From: Candidatus Yonathbacteria bacterium
Lineage (GTDB): Bacteria > Patescibacteriota > Minisyncoccia > Phycocordibacterales > UBA1550
NCBI GenBank assembly: GCA_016215205.1
Contig: JACRKU010000029.1
Coordinates: 1-48,617, forward strand
Direction of reading: 5' to 3'
DNA: 48,617 nt
In this document: positions 37,894 through 47,170 of the stretch, one piece after another
How positions within the stretch are numbered: position 1 is the stretch's first letter
Layout: each line of letters opens with the position of its first letter
The notes under the pieces: generated by a model
Databases searched by the model: none
Told to the model about the DNA's origin: nothing
The model's input: only the letters and a program-made list of their open reading frames with translations
Program-made: the position numbers and the translations under genes

Positions 37894-38922
37894 ATGTCCG
37901 CCATTACATTTAAACCAAAACAAGTCGTGAAGCGCCTTCTCTCGTCGCTTTCTCCGCGCGCCCTTGATGTTATGACAAAGCGTTACGGTCTTGGTGAAAA
38001 TGTTGACCGCATGACTCTGGAGGGCATTGGTAAGACTTACGGCATCACGCGCGAGCGCGTGCGTCAGATTGAAAACTTTGCATTAAGCGCCATCAAAAAA
38101 GCCGACGCGTTTAAAAAAGAAAATGCGGTGTTTGAAGAGTTGAACAAGCTCGTTGTTTCAATGGGCGGTGTGGTATGCGAAGAAGATTTCCTCATGCACG
38201 TTTCTAAAGACGCAAGCACGCAGAACCACCTCTTCTTTCTCCTTGTTCTCGGCGATCAGTTTAAGCGCGAAAAAGAAGATGAGAATTTTAGGCACCGATG
38301 GATTGTCGACGACAAGGTTTCTATGAAAGTGCATGACGCTATTCGCGAGCTTTACAAGACGCTTTCTCACGAGGATTTAGTTCCTGAGAGCGAAATTATC
38401 GCTTCATTCCTAAATCACTTGAAAGATGTTTCCGAGGAGTACAAAAATGAAGAGATTACCAAACGCTGGTTGTCACTCTCGAAAACTATCGCAAAGAACC
38501 CTCTTGGCGAATACGGCATGGCGGAATCGCACAATGTGAACGCCCGCGGAATGCGCGACTACGCATATTTGATTATCAGGAAGCAAGGATCTCCAATGCA
38601 CTTTACCGAAGTCGCAAAATCAATCACGCAAGTTTTTGGAAAGAAAGCCCATGTTGCTACTTGCCACAATGAGCTCATCAAGGATAATCGTTTCGTGCTC
38701 GTTGGTCGCGGTCTCTACGCGCTCTCGACATGGGGATACGAAAAAGGAGTGGTGAAGGATGTAATCGCAAAAGTTTTGAAAAAAGAAGGCGCGCTTACAA
38801 AAAAAGATATTATTGACCGCGTGCTCAAGGAGCGACATGTAAAAGAGAATACCGTATTTGTGAATCTTCAGGACACGAAAATGTTCAAAAAGACAAAGGA
38901 AGGGAAGTATGCGCTGGCGTAG
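37894..38922 (+). CDS. Sigma70 region-4 HTH fused to RNAP-delta/HARE-type HTH domains
   Basis: TLEGIGKTYGITRERVRQIE; PMHFTEVAKSI..HNELIKDNRFVLVGRGLYAL. Confidence 0.75.
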   Translation: MSAITFKPKQVVKRLLSSLSPRALDVMTKRYGLGENVDRMTLEGIGKTYGITRERVRQIENFALSAIKKADAFKKENAVFEELNKLVVSMGGVVCEEDFLMHVSKDASTQNHLFFLLVLGDQFKREKEDENFRHRWIVDDKVSMKVHDAIRELYKTLSHEDLVPESEIIASFLNHLKDVSEEYKNEEITKRWLSLSKTIAKNPLGEYGMAESHNVNARGMRDYAYLIIRKQGSPMHFTEVAKSITQVFGKKAHVATCHNELIKDNRFVLVGRGLYALSTWGYEKGVVKDVIAKVLKKEGALTKKDIIDRVLKERHVKENTVFVNLQDTKMFKKTKEGKYALA

Positions 38923-38983
38923 CGAATAAGAGAAAAGGCGCCGAGCACCGGTACCGGTGCTCGGCGCCTTTTCTCTTATTCGC
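38922..38983. terminator. 62-bp perfect loop-less palindrome
   Basis: GCGAATAAGAGAAAAGGCGCCGAGCACCGGT|ACCGGTGCTCGGCGCCTTTTCTCTTATTCGC. Confidence 0.85.
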
Positions 38984-39004
38984 GTTTGCTGTATGATATG
39001 AAAT

Positions 39005-40243
39005 ATGAGTTTATTTCAGTTTCTCGATTTTTCTGGACTCTATCAGGAGACCTCCTCAATCCTCTCTACATTTTTTTCATGGTTTCCGTATTGGGGGCCG
39101 CTCTTTCTCGGTTATTTGTTTGCGCATCAGTGGATGCACTATGTGCAGGGGCGTTACATGTCGCGCACCAATTGGATTTTACTTGAAGTGAAGCTTCCGA
39201 GAGAAATCCACAAGACTCCGCTTGCTATGGAGATTGTGTTGAACGCCCTGTATCAGTCATCAGGCAAGATGGTGTGGTGGGATAAATATTGGAAAGGGAA
39301 AGTAAAAGATTGGTTTTCTCTGGAAATGGTGTCTATTGACGGACACGTTAAATTTTTCATCCGCACTGGCGCATTTTACAAAAATGTTATTGAGGCGCAA
39401 CTTTACGCGCAGTATCCGGACATAGAGATACACGAAGTGCCGGACTATACGCGCTATGTCGACTATCGCGGCAAAGAGGGCGCATGGGAAATGATTGGCT
39501 CGGAATATACCCTTACAAAACCAGATGCCTACCCAATAAAAACGTATGTTGGCTACGGCATGGACAAAGAAGGCGTGAAAGAAGAGTTCAAAATTGACCC
39601 GCTTACTTCTATTATTGAATATCTAGGGTCTATCGGAAAAGACGAACAGGTCTGGATTCAAATACTCGTGCAATCTGCAAGCAAACGATACCACAAAGCG
39701 GATGGCACGATGGGCGACTGGAAAGATGAAGGAAAAGATTTGATTACAAAACTGACGAAGCGAGATAAAACAGCCAAGGAGGGCAATGCGTTTAAGATGC
39801 TTATGATGACCAAGGGAGAGAGTGAAGTGATCGCCGCAATAGAACGCAATATCGGTAAACTCGGTTTTGAGTGCGGAATTCGTGCCGCATATTTTGGAAA
39901 GAAAGACAAAGCAGATTTCAGCCACATCAAAGCACTCGGAGGAATTTTACGCCCCTTTACCTCAAACAACCTCAATGGGTTTAAGGGCGCTGACCAAACA
40001 TTCGGATGGGATTTTCCATGGGAAGATTATGATAAAATTCGCCTCACGCGGAAAAAGATAAAAATGTTTGAGGCGTATAAACAACGTTCGTGGTTTCATT
40101 TGCCACGCAAGCTGAAGCCGTTTGTTCTTACTACCGAAGAGCTCGCGACCATTTATCATTTCCCGGGCGGAGTTGCGCAGACACCTACATTTGGCCGCAT
40201 TCCATCGCGAAAAAGCGAAGCGCCAATCAATTTGCCAATTTAG
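39005..40243 (+). CDS. Conserved membrane-anchored hypothetical protein
   Basis: N-terminal TM; WFSLEMVSIDG..FFI, IEAQLYAQYPDIEI.EVPDY, EELATIYHFP. Resembles domains I recall near VirB4/VirD4-like genes in Parcubacteria. Confidence 0.65.
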   Translation: MSLFQFLDFSGLYQETSSILSTFFSWFPYWGPLFLGYLFAHQWMHYVQGRYMSRTNWILLEVKLPREIHKTPLAMEIVLNALYQSSGKMVWWDKYWKGKVKDWFSLEMVSIDGHVKFFIRTGAFYKNVIEAQLYAQYPDIEIHEVPDYTRYVDYRGKEGAWEMIGSEYTLTKPDAYPIKTYVGYGMDKEGVKEEFKIDPLTSIIEYLGSIGKDEQVWIQILVQSASKRYHKADGTMGDWKDEGKDLITKLTKRDKTAKEGNAFKMLMMTKGESEVIAAIERNIGKLGFECGIRAAYFGKKDKADFSHIKALGGILRPFTSNNLNGFKGADQTFGWDFPWEDYDKIRLTRKKIKMFEAYKQRSWFHLPRKLKPFVLTTEELATIYHFPGGVAQTPTFGRIPSRKSEAPINLPI

Positions 40244-40246
40244 TAT

Positions 40247-41278
40247 ATGGAAACGCCAACCACAGATGAACAAATGAAACAAGAAGAAATCGGCCGGTTT
40301 TCGGCAGTTCTTCTATCAGTGGGTATAGAGGAACGTTCGTCAAAAATTCTACTTTTTGTTGTATTGACCATTGTTTTTGTTTCCGCATTCGTTTCATTTC
40401 TCTTGCTCTCGCCGTTCGGTTTTCCAAAAGGAAATATAATTTCGATAAAAAGCGGCGCGTCGCTTAATGATGTGTCGCTCATGCTCAAAGGCGAAAATAT
40501 CATTCGCTCGCAAAATCTTTTTGAGTTTTGCGCAAAAATAGTGGGCGGGACAAAGCCAATTCTCGCGGGGCAATATTTATTTAAGGAACCGATTTCCGCT
40601 TGTGCTGTTGCGTATCGTATCGCGTACGGCATTTCGGGCATCCCCGCTGTCCGTGTAACTATTCCCGAAGGAATGTCCAATAAAGAAATCGCACTCTCGC
40701 TCGCGCCGAAACTTTCCAAATTTGACAGCGCATTTTTTATTGACTACGCTCGCGCAAAAGAAGGCTATCTTTTCCCCGATACATATTTTTTCACTGACAT
40801 GGTGGTTGCACAGGGCGTTCTGATGATAATGAATGACAATTTTAATAAAAAAATAGAACCGTGGAGCGGCGCTATTGAAGCGTCGGGGCGAACTCTCCGT
40901 GAGATTATTATTATGGCGTCAATTCTCGAAAAAGAAGCGACGACTGAAGAAGACAAAGCCATCGTTTCAGGGATTTTGTGGAAGAGAATTTCAAAAGGAA
41001 TACCACTCCAAGTTGATGCGGCATTTATGTATCTTTTGGGTAAAAAGTCGAGCGAGCTCTCCGCCGCCGATTTGCAGATAAAATCAGCATACAACACTTA
41101 TCGCAACAAGGGACTTCCAGCCGGACCTATCGGCAACCCGGGCATTGTCGCTATTCGCGCCGCGATACAGCCGACTGTTTCGCCGTATTTTTATTATCTT
41201 TCCGACAAAGACGGCATTATTCATTATGCAAAAACATTCAAAGAGCATATTGCAAATAAAGCGAAGTATTTGAAGTAA
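40247..41278 (+). CDS. mltG: Endolytic transglycosylase MltG
   Basis: VTIPEG, EGYLFPDTY, MASILEKE, LQVDA, YNTYRNKGLPAGPIGNPG. Confidence 0.95.
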   Translation: METPTTDEQMKQEEIGRFSAVLLSVGIEERSSKILLFVVLTIVFVSAFVSFLLLSPFGFPKGNIISIKSGASLNDVSLMLKGENIIRSQNLFEFCAKIVGGTKPILAGQYLFKEPISACAVAYRIAYGISGIPAVRVTIPEGMSNKEIALSLAPKLSKFDSAFFIDYARAKEGYLFPDTYFFTDMVVAQGVLMIMNDNFNKKIEPWSGAIEASGRTLREIIIMASILEKEATTEEDKAIVSGILWKRISKGIPLQVDAAFMYLLGKKSSELSAADLQIKSAYNTYRNKGLPAGPIGNPGIVAIRAAIQPTVSPYFYYLSDKDGIIHYAKTFKEHIANKAKYLK

Positions 41279-41303
41279 TTGGCAAGTATGGTAGTTTCGG
41301 TGT

Positions 41304-42413
41304 ATGGCAGTAAAGAAATTAAGAGGAAAAGTGTTCGTCGGAATGTCTGGCGGGGTAGACTCGTCGGTTTCTGCCGCGCTTTTACAAGAAGCTGGCTTTG
41401 ATGTCACTGGTGTTTTTATGAAAGTTTGGCAACCAGATTTTTTGCCTTGCACATGGCGCGAGGAAAAGCTTGATGCTATGCGTGTTTCAGCGACACTGGG
41501 AATTCCGCTTCTCACATGGGATTTTGAAAAGGAATACAAAGAAGGCGTTGCGGACTATATGATTCGCGAGTACAGGCAAGGCCGTACTCCAAACCCCGAT
41601 GTGATGTGTAACCGCGAGGTGAAGTTTGGGGCGTTCTTTCGTAGGGCAATGAAAGAAGGTGCGGACTTTGTGGCGACGGGGCATTACGCGCGCATCGCGC
41701 TAGTTGAAAGTGGAAAGTTAAAAGTTAAAAGTGGGGACTCAATATTCAGAATGCTAAAAGGGGTTGATGATGCGAAAGATCAATCGTATTTTTTGTGGAC
41801 ACTCAATCAGCCGCAACTCTCAAAAACTTTTTTTCCGATTGGCGGTTATAAAAAATCGCAGGTGCGCGCGCTCGCTAAAAAGTTTGAACTTCCTGTCGCA
41901 GAAAAAAAAGACAGCCAAGGGCTTTGCTTTATGGGCAAGCTTGATGTGAAAGATTTTCTCGCGCATTTTATAGAAGAGAAAGAGGGAAATGTGGTAAACG
42001 AAAAAGGAGAAATTATCGGCACGCACCGCGGCGCGCATTTTTACACTCTGGGCGAACGGCACGGGTTTACCGTTACAAAAAAAACCGCGGATGATACGCC
42101 GTTTTATATTATCGCAAAAGACCTTGGAGCGAACACCATTACTGTCGCGCACCAAGGAAGAAATCCGCTCCAGTGCGCCTCTCGGGATATTAAAGTATCG
42201 CAGGCAAATTTTTGCAAAGGGACTCTACCCGACATAGAAAAGAATTACACCGCGCAAGTGCGCTATCATGGCGAGCAGTATAAATGCAGAATCACTGACA
42301 TAAATGGAACCTCTTTTGTCTTGAAACTTGATAAGAAAGCTGTCTTTGACAGAGGACAGTCGATGGTTTTGTACGATGGCAATGAGTGTCTCGGTGGCGG
42401 CATTATTGAGTAA
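41304..42413 (+). CDS. mnmA: tRNA 2-thiouridine synthase MnmA
   Basis: GMSGGVDSSV, PNPDVMCNREVKF, ATGHYAR, KDQSYFL, DSQGLCF. Confidence 0.97.
   Translation: MAVKKLRGKVFVGMSGGVDSSVSAALLQEAGFDVTGVFMKVWQPDFLPCTWREEKLDAMRVSATLGIPLLTWDFEKEYKEGVADYMIREYRQGRTPNPDVMCNREVKFGAFFRRAMKEGADFVATGHYARIALVESGKLKVKSGDSIFRMLKGVDDAKDQSYFLWTLNQPQLSKTFFPIGGYKKSQVRALAKKFELPVAEKKDSQGLCFMGKLDVKDFLAHFIEEKEGNVVNEKGEIIGTHRGAHFYTLGERHGFTVTKKTADDTPFYIIAKDLGANTITVAHQGRNPLQCASRDIKVSQANFCKGTLPDIEKNYTAQVRYHGEQYKCRITDINGTSFVLKLDKKAVFDRGQSMVLYDGNECLGGGIIE
41701..41735 (+). repeat. Heptamer array (AAGTNNA) inside mnmA
   Basis: TAGTTGA AAGTGGA AAGTTAA AAGTTAA AAGTGGG. Confidence 0.7.
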
Positions 42414-42521
42414 ATTGAAACTGCGCATTAAATGTGCGACAATGAAAAGATGGACCCCAGTAGAACTTTCGCTACTTTTTTGGAAAGTTAAAGTTAACAT
42501 CAAAATGGTGAGATAATACTT

Positions 42522-43406
42522 ATGAATAATTTTAATAACAAAACTTCTAACGGGGCAGGCAAAACAGAGGAAGACGCGTGGGTTATAAAAAGCACGGGCG
42601 AGCGCGAGCGCTTTTCTCTAAACAAATTGCGCCGCTCGCTTACGCGCTCCGGCGCTGACGAGGAAACTATTGAGCGGATTATCGACCATATTGTTCCCGA
42701 GCTTCACGACGGGATGAAAACTTCGCAGATTTACAAGCACGCGTACTCCATTCTCAAGAAAAATAAATACCCTGTGGCTGTCCGATACTCTCTTCGCAAG
42801 GCGGTACTCGAGCTCGGGCCGAGCGGTTTTCCTTTTGAAAAATTTGTTGCGGAGGTTCTGCGCGGTAAGGGGTTTACCGCGCAGACGGGAATAATCCTTC
42901 CCGGATTTTGCGTTGCGCACGAAGTGGACGTGCTTATGGAAAAAGACAACCGCCATATTTTTGCGGAGTGCAAGTTTCATAACCAGCAGGGAATAAAAAC
43001 TGATGTGAAAGTCGCGCTCTATGTGCATGCGCGTTTTCTTGATTTGCAAAAAGGGCATGATGTCAAAGAAGTCAAAACGCCAAAAGTTCACGAAGGGTGG
43101 CTCATTACCAACACAAAGCTCACGCTTGATGCTATTGTCTACGCAAATTGCGCCGGACTCAATATCATCGGCTGGGATTATCCGGAAAAGGGGAATTTGC
43201 AAGACCTTATTTTGGAGACCGGGGTGCATCCGCTCACATTTCTCTCGACCCTCTCCGCGCGCGATAAAAACAGCCTCCTAGAGCAGGGAATCGTAATGTG
43301 TCGCGAGTTGAAAAACAGTTCAGCTCCCCTCAAATCAATCGGTTTTTCGGACGAGAAGATAAAAAATGTGGTGAATGAGGTTGATAAGGTTTGCCAGGGG
43401 TTTTAA
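42522..43406 (+). CDS. ATP-cone + PD-(D/E)xK (Mrr-like) nuclease protein
   Basis: VIKSTGERERFSLNKLRRSL ATP cone; GFPFEKFVAEVL, HEVDV..AECKFH nuclease core. Confidence 0.8.
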   Translation: MNNFNNKTSNGAGKTEEDAWVIKSTGERERFSLNKLRRSLTRSGADEETIERIIDHIVPELHDGMKTSQIYKHAYSILKKNKYPVAVRYSLRKAVLELGPSGFPFEKFVAEVLRGKGFTAQTGIILPGFCVAHEVDVLMEKDNRHIFAECKFHNQQGIKTDVKVALYVHARFLDLQKGHDVKEVKTPKVHEGWLITNTKLTLDAIVYANCAGLNIIGWDYPEKGNLQDLILETGVHPLTFLSTLSARDKNSLLEQGIVMCRELKNSSAPLKSIGFSDEKIKNVVNEVDKVCQGF

Positions 43407-43435
43407 AAGCAAAAGATATTTGGTATAATGAAACA

Positions 43436-43912
43436 ATGGATATCGCAACACTTTTTAGCAATCAGGATATTGAGATAATACTCAAACTTTTTATCGCGCT
43501 TTTGCTAGGTATGTCGCTCGGCATTGAGAGAGCGATTGCTGGGAAAACTGCGGGCATGCGCACATATGGTTTGGTTACGATGGGGTCCGCGCTCTTTGTA
43601 ATCGTTGGTGTCCTCGCATCGGGCGGATACGGCAATTCAGTCGCACTTAGCGAATCAACGCGTTTTACCGCGTCAATTATTTCAGGAATCGGTTTCATTG
43701 GCGCTGGTCTCATCTTTTTCAAAGATGCGAAAGTGAGCGGTATTACCACCGCGGCGGGGATTTGGGTCGCCGCCGGCATCGGCGTTGCAATCGGGTATGG
43801 ATTTTATATGTTGGCGGTTATTACCACGATATTCGCGTTGTTTGTTTTTACTTCTCTTTGGTATATCGAAAATAAAATAAAATCATTTGCGCGTCTTCCG
43901 GACGAAGAATAG
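43436..43912 (+). CDS. MgtC/SapB family membrane protein
   Basis: LGIERAIAGKTAGMRTY, GIGFIGAG, GITTAAGIW. Confidence 0.9.
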   Translation: MDIATLFSNQDIEIILKLFIALLLGMSLGIERAIAGKTAGMRTYGLVTMGSALFVIVGVLASGGYGNSVALSESTRFTASIISGIGFIGAGLIFFKDAKVSGITTAAGIWVAAGIGVAIGYGFYMLAVITTIFALFVFTSLWYIENKIKSFARLPDEE

Positions 43913-43977
43913 TTTTGGCGGCAAAGTAAATGTGTGTTTGTACCTGCTTTTAACTTTTAATTTTACAGACTAATTTT

Positions 43978-45765
43978 ATGGATTCACGAGAAATCAGACA
44001 GCGCTTCCTCGCTTTTTTTGAAAAGCGCGGACACGCAGTCATCCCTTCGTCATCACTCGTGCCCGAGAACGACCCCTCGGTGCTTTTTAATACTGCGGGA
44101 ATGCAACCGCTTGTGCCGTACCTTATGGGAACACCACACCCAAGCGGGAAGCGTCTCGCAAACAGCCAGAAGTGCGTGCGTACGCAGGATATCGAGGAAG
44201 TTGGCGACAAGACCCACGATACTTTTTTTGAAATGCTTGGCAATTGGTCGCTCGGCGACTACTTCAAAGAAGATGCCATCAAATGGAGTTTTGAATTTTT
44301 GACGTCAAAAGAAGAAGGGCTTGGTCTCGACCCTGCGCGTTTGTATGTGACGGTCTTTGAGGGCAATGACGACGCTCCGCGCGACGAAGAGGCGTTTGCG
44401 ATTTGGAAAAAATATATGCCCGAGAATCGCATTTATTTTATGTCCGCAAAGTCCAATTGGTGGAGTCCGGGCGACAACGGTCCGTGCGGTCCTGATACAG
44501 AAATGTTTTACGATGTTACCGAACGCGGGCTTGGTGATATGACGAAAGATGAGTATATGACGGCAGATAACCGTCAAGATATTGTCGAAATATGGAATGA
44601 TGTTTTTATGGAGTACGAGAAAAAGAGCGGAAGGGTTTCCGGCAGGCTTGCGATGAAAAATGTGGACACTGGCTCGGGGCTTGAGCGCGTCGTAATGGCA
44701 ACACAAGGAAAGGACAATGTGTTCTACACTGACCTTTTTCTGCCGATTATGCAAAAGATTGGAGACCTCGCGGCGGGTGGTCAGCCTACCGACGCAAAAA
44801 ACATTCGCGCGGCGCGCATCGTTGCCGACCATGTGCGTACGGGAGTGATGATGATTGCCGACGGCGTCCGACCTTCAAATACTGACCAAGGATATATTTT
44901 ACGCAGGCTTTTGCGCCGCGCTGTGCGTTATGCGGATATGCTCGGCGTGGGGAAAGGGATGCTTTCGGAGTTGGTGCCGATTATTGCCGAGAAATATAAG
45001 GGGATATACGATAATGTTTCAGCTATGGAAGGTGCTATCGTGAAAGAGATTTGGGAAGAGGAGGATAAGTTTAGAAAGACGCTTGAGCGCGGAACAAAGG
45101 AGCTCACGCGCCTTTTTGAGGAAAAGATTATTTCCGGAGAAGACGCATTCAGACTTTTTTCAACATATGGTTTTCCAATTGAAATGACCGAAGAGCTTGC
45201 AGCGGAGCAGGGGGTTTCTGTTGACCGCGCGCAATTTGATATTGAATTTAAAAAACATCAAGCGCTTTCTCGCGAGGGTAGCGGACAAAAGTTTAAGGGC
45301 GGGCTTGCGGATGCGAGCGAGAAAACAACTAAGCTCCACACAGCAACACATCTAATGCTTGCAGGGCTTCGCAAGTACTTGGGCGAGGGCGTGCACCAAG
45401 CGGGTTCCAATATTACGGAAGAGCGTTTGCGATTTGATTTTACATATCCGGAGAAGGTTCCGCGAGAAATTCTCGATAAAGTGGAGGCGTATGTAAATGA
45501 GGCAATCTCAAAAGGGTGCATGGTGTTGATTGAGCAAATGAAAAAAGAAGAAGCGAAAGCAAAAGGCGTTGAAGGAAGTTTTTGGGAAAAGTATCCTGAC
45601 GTGGTGAATGTGTATTCTGTCGTCGCTCCCGATGGCACCGCATACTCCGCCGAGCTTTGCGGAGGACCTCATGTAGAACAAACAAAGAACATGGGGCATT
45701 TCAAAATTATAAAAGAGGAGGCGTCGTCATCCGGCGTGCGCAGAATCAAAGCAGTTCTTGCCTAG
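43978..45765 (+). CDS. alaS: Alanine--tRNA ligase, short form without C-Ala domain
   Basis: FNTAGMQP, FFEMLGNWS.GDYFK, DTGSGLER, editing motifs HTATH and ELCGGPH; ends at GVRRIKA. Confidence 0.96.
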   Translation: MDSREIRQRFLAFFEKRGHAVIPSSSLVPENDPSVLFNTAGMQPLVPYLMGTPHPSGKRLANSQKCVRTQDIEEVGDKTHDTFFEMLGNWSLGDYFKEDAIKWSFEFLTSKEEGLGLDPARLYVTVFEGNDDAPRDEEAFAIWKKYMPENRIYFMSAKSNWWSPGDNGPCGPDTEMFYDVTERGLGDMTKDEYMTADNRQDIVEIWNDVFMEYEKKSGRVSGRLAMKNVDTGSGLERVVMATQGKDNVFYTDLFLPIMQKIGDLAAGGQPTDAKNIRAARIVADHVRTGVMMIADGVRPSNTDQGYILRRLLRRAVRYADMLGVGKGMLSELVPIIAEKYKGIYDNVSAMEGAIVKEIWEEEDKFRKTLERGTKELTRLFEEKIISGEDAFRLFSTYGFPIEMTEELAAEQGVSVDRAQFDIEFKKHQALSREGSGQKFKGGLADASEKTTKLHTATHLMLAGLRKYLGEGVHQAGSNITEERLRFDFTYPEKVPREILDKVEAYVNEAISKGCMVLIEQMKKEEAKAKGVEGSFWEKYPDVVNVYSVVAPDGTAYSAELCGGPHVEQTKNMGHFKIIKEEASSSGVRRIKAVLA

Positions 45766-45856
45766 TACGCACATTTATAGTATGATATTTTTAATAAGCT
45801 AATTTACAGATAAGTTCACGTCCAAGACGCGAATTTGCTAATTCGAATACGATCAT

Positions 45857-46171
45857 ATGACAACACAGGAACCAGATGTAACATTTCTTGAATACGTGGT
45901 AAAGGCACTCGTAGAACATCCCAGCGATGTAAAAGTAACGCGTGTGGTTGACGAGATGGGAGTGCTCATCACTCTCGATGTGAATCCCGGTGATATGGGT
46001 AAGATAATCGGGCGCGATGGCAACACCGCAAAAGCAATCCGCACGCTTCTCCGCGTGGTGGGAATGAAAAACAACGCGCGCGTGAATTTGAAGATTAGTG
46101 AGCCAGCAGGAGGAAAGAGCCACAGTGCAACGAAGACAGTGGAGGAAGTGATAAACGAGCTTAGGAGCTAA
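45857..46171 (+). CDS. khpA: KH-domain RNA-binding protein
   Basis: DMGKIIGRDGNTAKAIRTLL; upstream of trmD. Confidence 0.88.
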   Translation: MTTQEPDVTFLEYVVKALVEHPSDVKVTRVVDEMGVLITLDVNPGDMGKIIGRDGNTAKAIRTLLRVVGMKNNARVNLKISEPAGGKSHSATKTVEEVINELRS

Positions 46172-46182
46172 GCTCTAGTCAG

Positions 46183-46256
46183 AAGTAGAAAGTCCAAAGT
46201 TAAAAGTAGATGCATCTTGTATTTACTTTCGACCTTACACTTTTTACTTTATACTC
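46183..46256. repeat. Inverted pair of heptamer arrays (AAGTNNA x4 / TNNACTT-like x5)
   Basis: AAGTAGA AAGTCCA AAGTTAA AAGTAGA ... TTTACTT TCGACCT TACACTT TTTACTT TATACTC. Confidence 0.7.
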
Positions 46257-46261
46257 ATTTT

Positions 46262-46927
46262 ATGATTCGCTTCCATATCGTCACTATTTTTCCCGAAGCT
46301 GTGCGCCCATATATGGACGCGTCTATTCTTGGGCGCGCGCAAGAGGGGAAGCTCATCTCTATTTCGTATTATGACCCGCGCGCAAATGCGGGCAACAAAT
46401 GGGGGAAGGTGGATGATCGCCCCTATGCAGGCGGACCCGGCATGGTGATGACGGCAGAACCGCTCCTCCGCACGCTTGAAAAAATATCAAAGAGTATTGC
46501 GCGCCGCAAAACTGCGAAGACAAAGGTGATTTTATTTGCGCCAGGAGGGAAGCAGTTTACGAATGTATACGCGAAAGCGCTCGCGCAGAAATACACAGAC
46601 ATCGTGCTCATCGCTGGTCGCTATGAAGGCATTGATGCGCGCGTGAAGAAAATTTTTAAAACGGAAGAAGTTTCCGTGGGACCATTTGTGCTTACCGGCG
46701 GGGAAGTGCCGGCAATGGTGGTGGTAGACGCATGCGCCAGGCAGATTGAAGGTGTGCTTGGCAAGATGGAATCGCTCGAAGAAGAACGAACCGCCTCCCC
46801 CGAAATGTACACCCGCCCCGAAGTCCTCGAATGGAAAGGTAAAAAATACCGTGTCCCAAAAGTCCTCCTCGGCGGCGACCACAAGAAGATTGAAGAGTGG
46901 AAGGCTCAGAAACGTGGGGATAAGTAA
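46262..46927 (+). CDS. trmD: tRNA (guanine37-N1)-methyltransferase
   Basis: VDDRPYAGGPGMVM, AGRYEGID, SVGPFVLTGGE. Start ATG 46262. Confidence 0.97.
   Translation: MIRFHIVTIFPEAVRPYMDASILGRAQEGKLISISYYDPRANAGNKWGKVDDRPYAGGPGMVMTAEPLLRTLEKISKSIARRKTAKTKVILFAPGGKQFTNVYAKALAQKYTDIVLIAGRYEGIDARVKKIFKTEEVSVGPFVLTGGEVPAMVVVDACARQIEGVLGKMESLEEERTASPEMYTRPEVLEWKGKKYRVPKVLLGGDHKKIEEWKAQKRGDK
46880..46901 (+). repeat. 22-bp direct repeat, copy 1 (trmD 3' end)
   Basis: CACAAGAAGATTGAAGAGTGGA; 21/22 identical to 47883-47904. Confidence 0.85.
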
Positions 46928-46963
46928 CCTTCTCTTTATTTGATAACATGGTATAATTGCGAC

Positions 46964-47158
46964 GTGACAAGAAACACACTAAAAACCCTTGTTGGCACTG
47001 TTCAGGCTGGGCAAAAAGCCGTTGCCAGCTTATCTGCTCGCGAGAAAAACATACTGGAGAAGAAGTGGGATATTGAACATGCTTACTATTCAAGCGCACT
47101 TGAGGGAAGCAAGCTCGATCGCAAGGACTTCGATAAATTAGCTGAAAAAATTTCATAA
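46964..47158 (+). CDS. Fic inhibitory-helix (antitoxin-like) protein
   Basis: SSALEG fits the (S/T)xxxE(G/N) motif; GTG 46964 lies 6 nt after TGGTATAAT (alternative start 46940). Confidence 0.7.
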   Translation: MTRNTLKTLVGTVQAGQKAVASLSAREKNILEKKWDIEHAYYSSALEGSKLDRKDFDKLAEKIS

Positions 47159-47170
47159 TTAATTTCAGCG

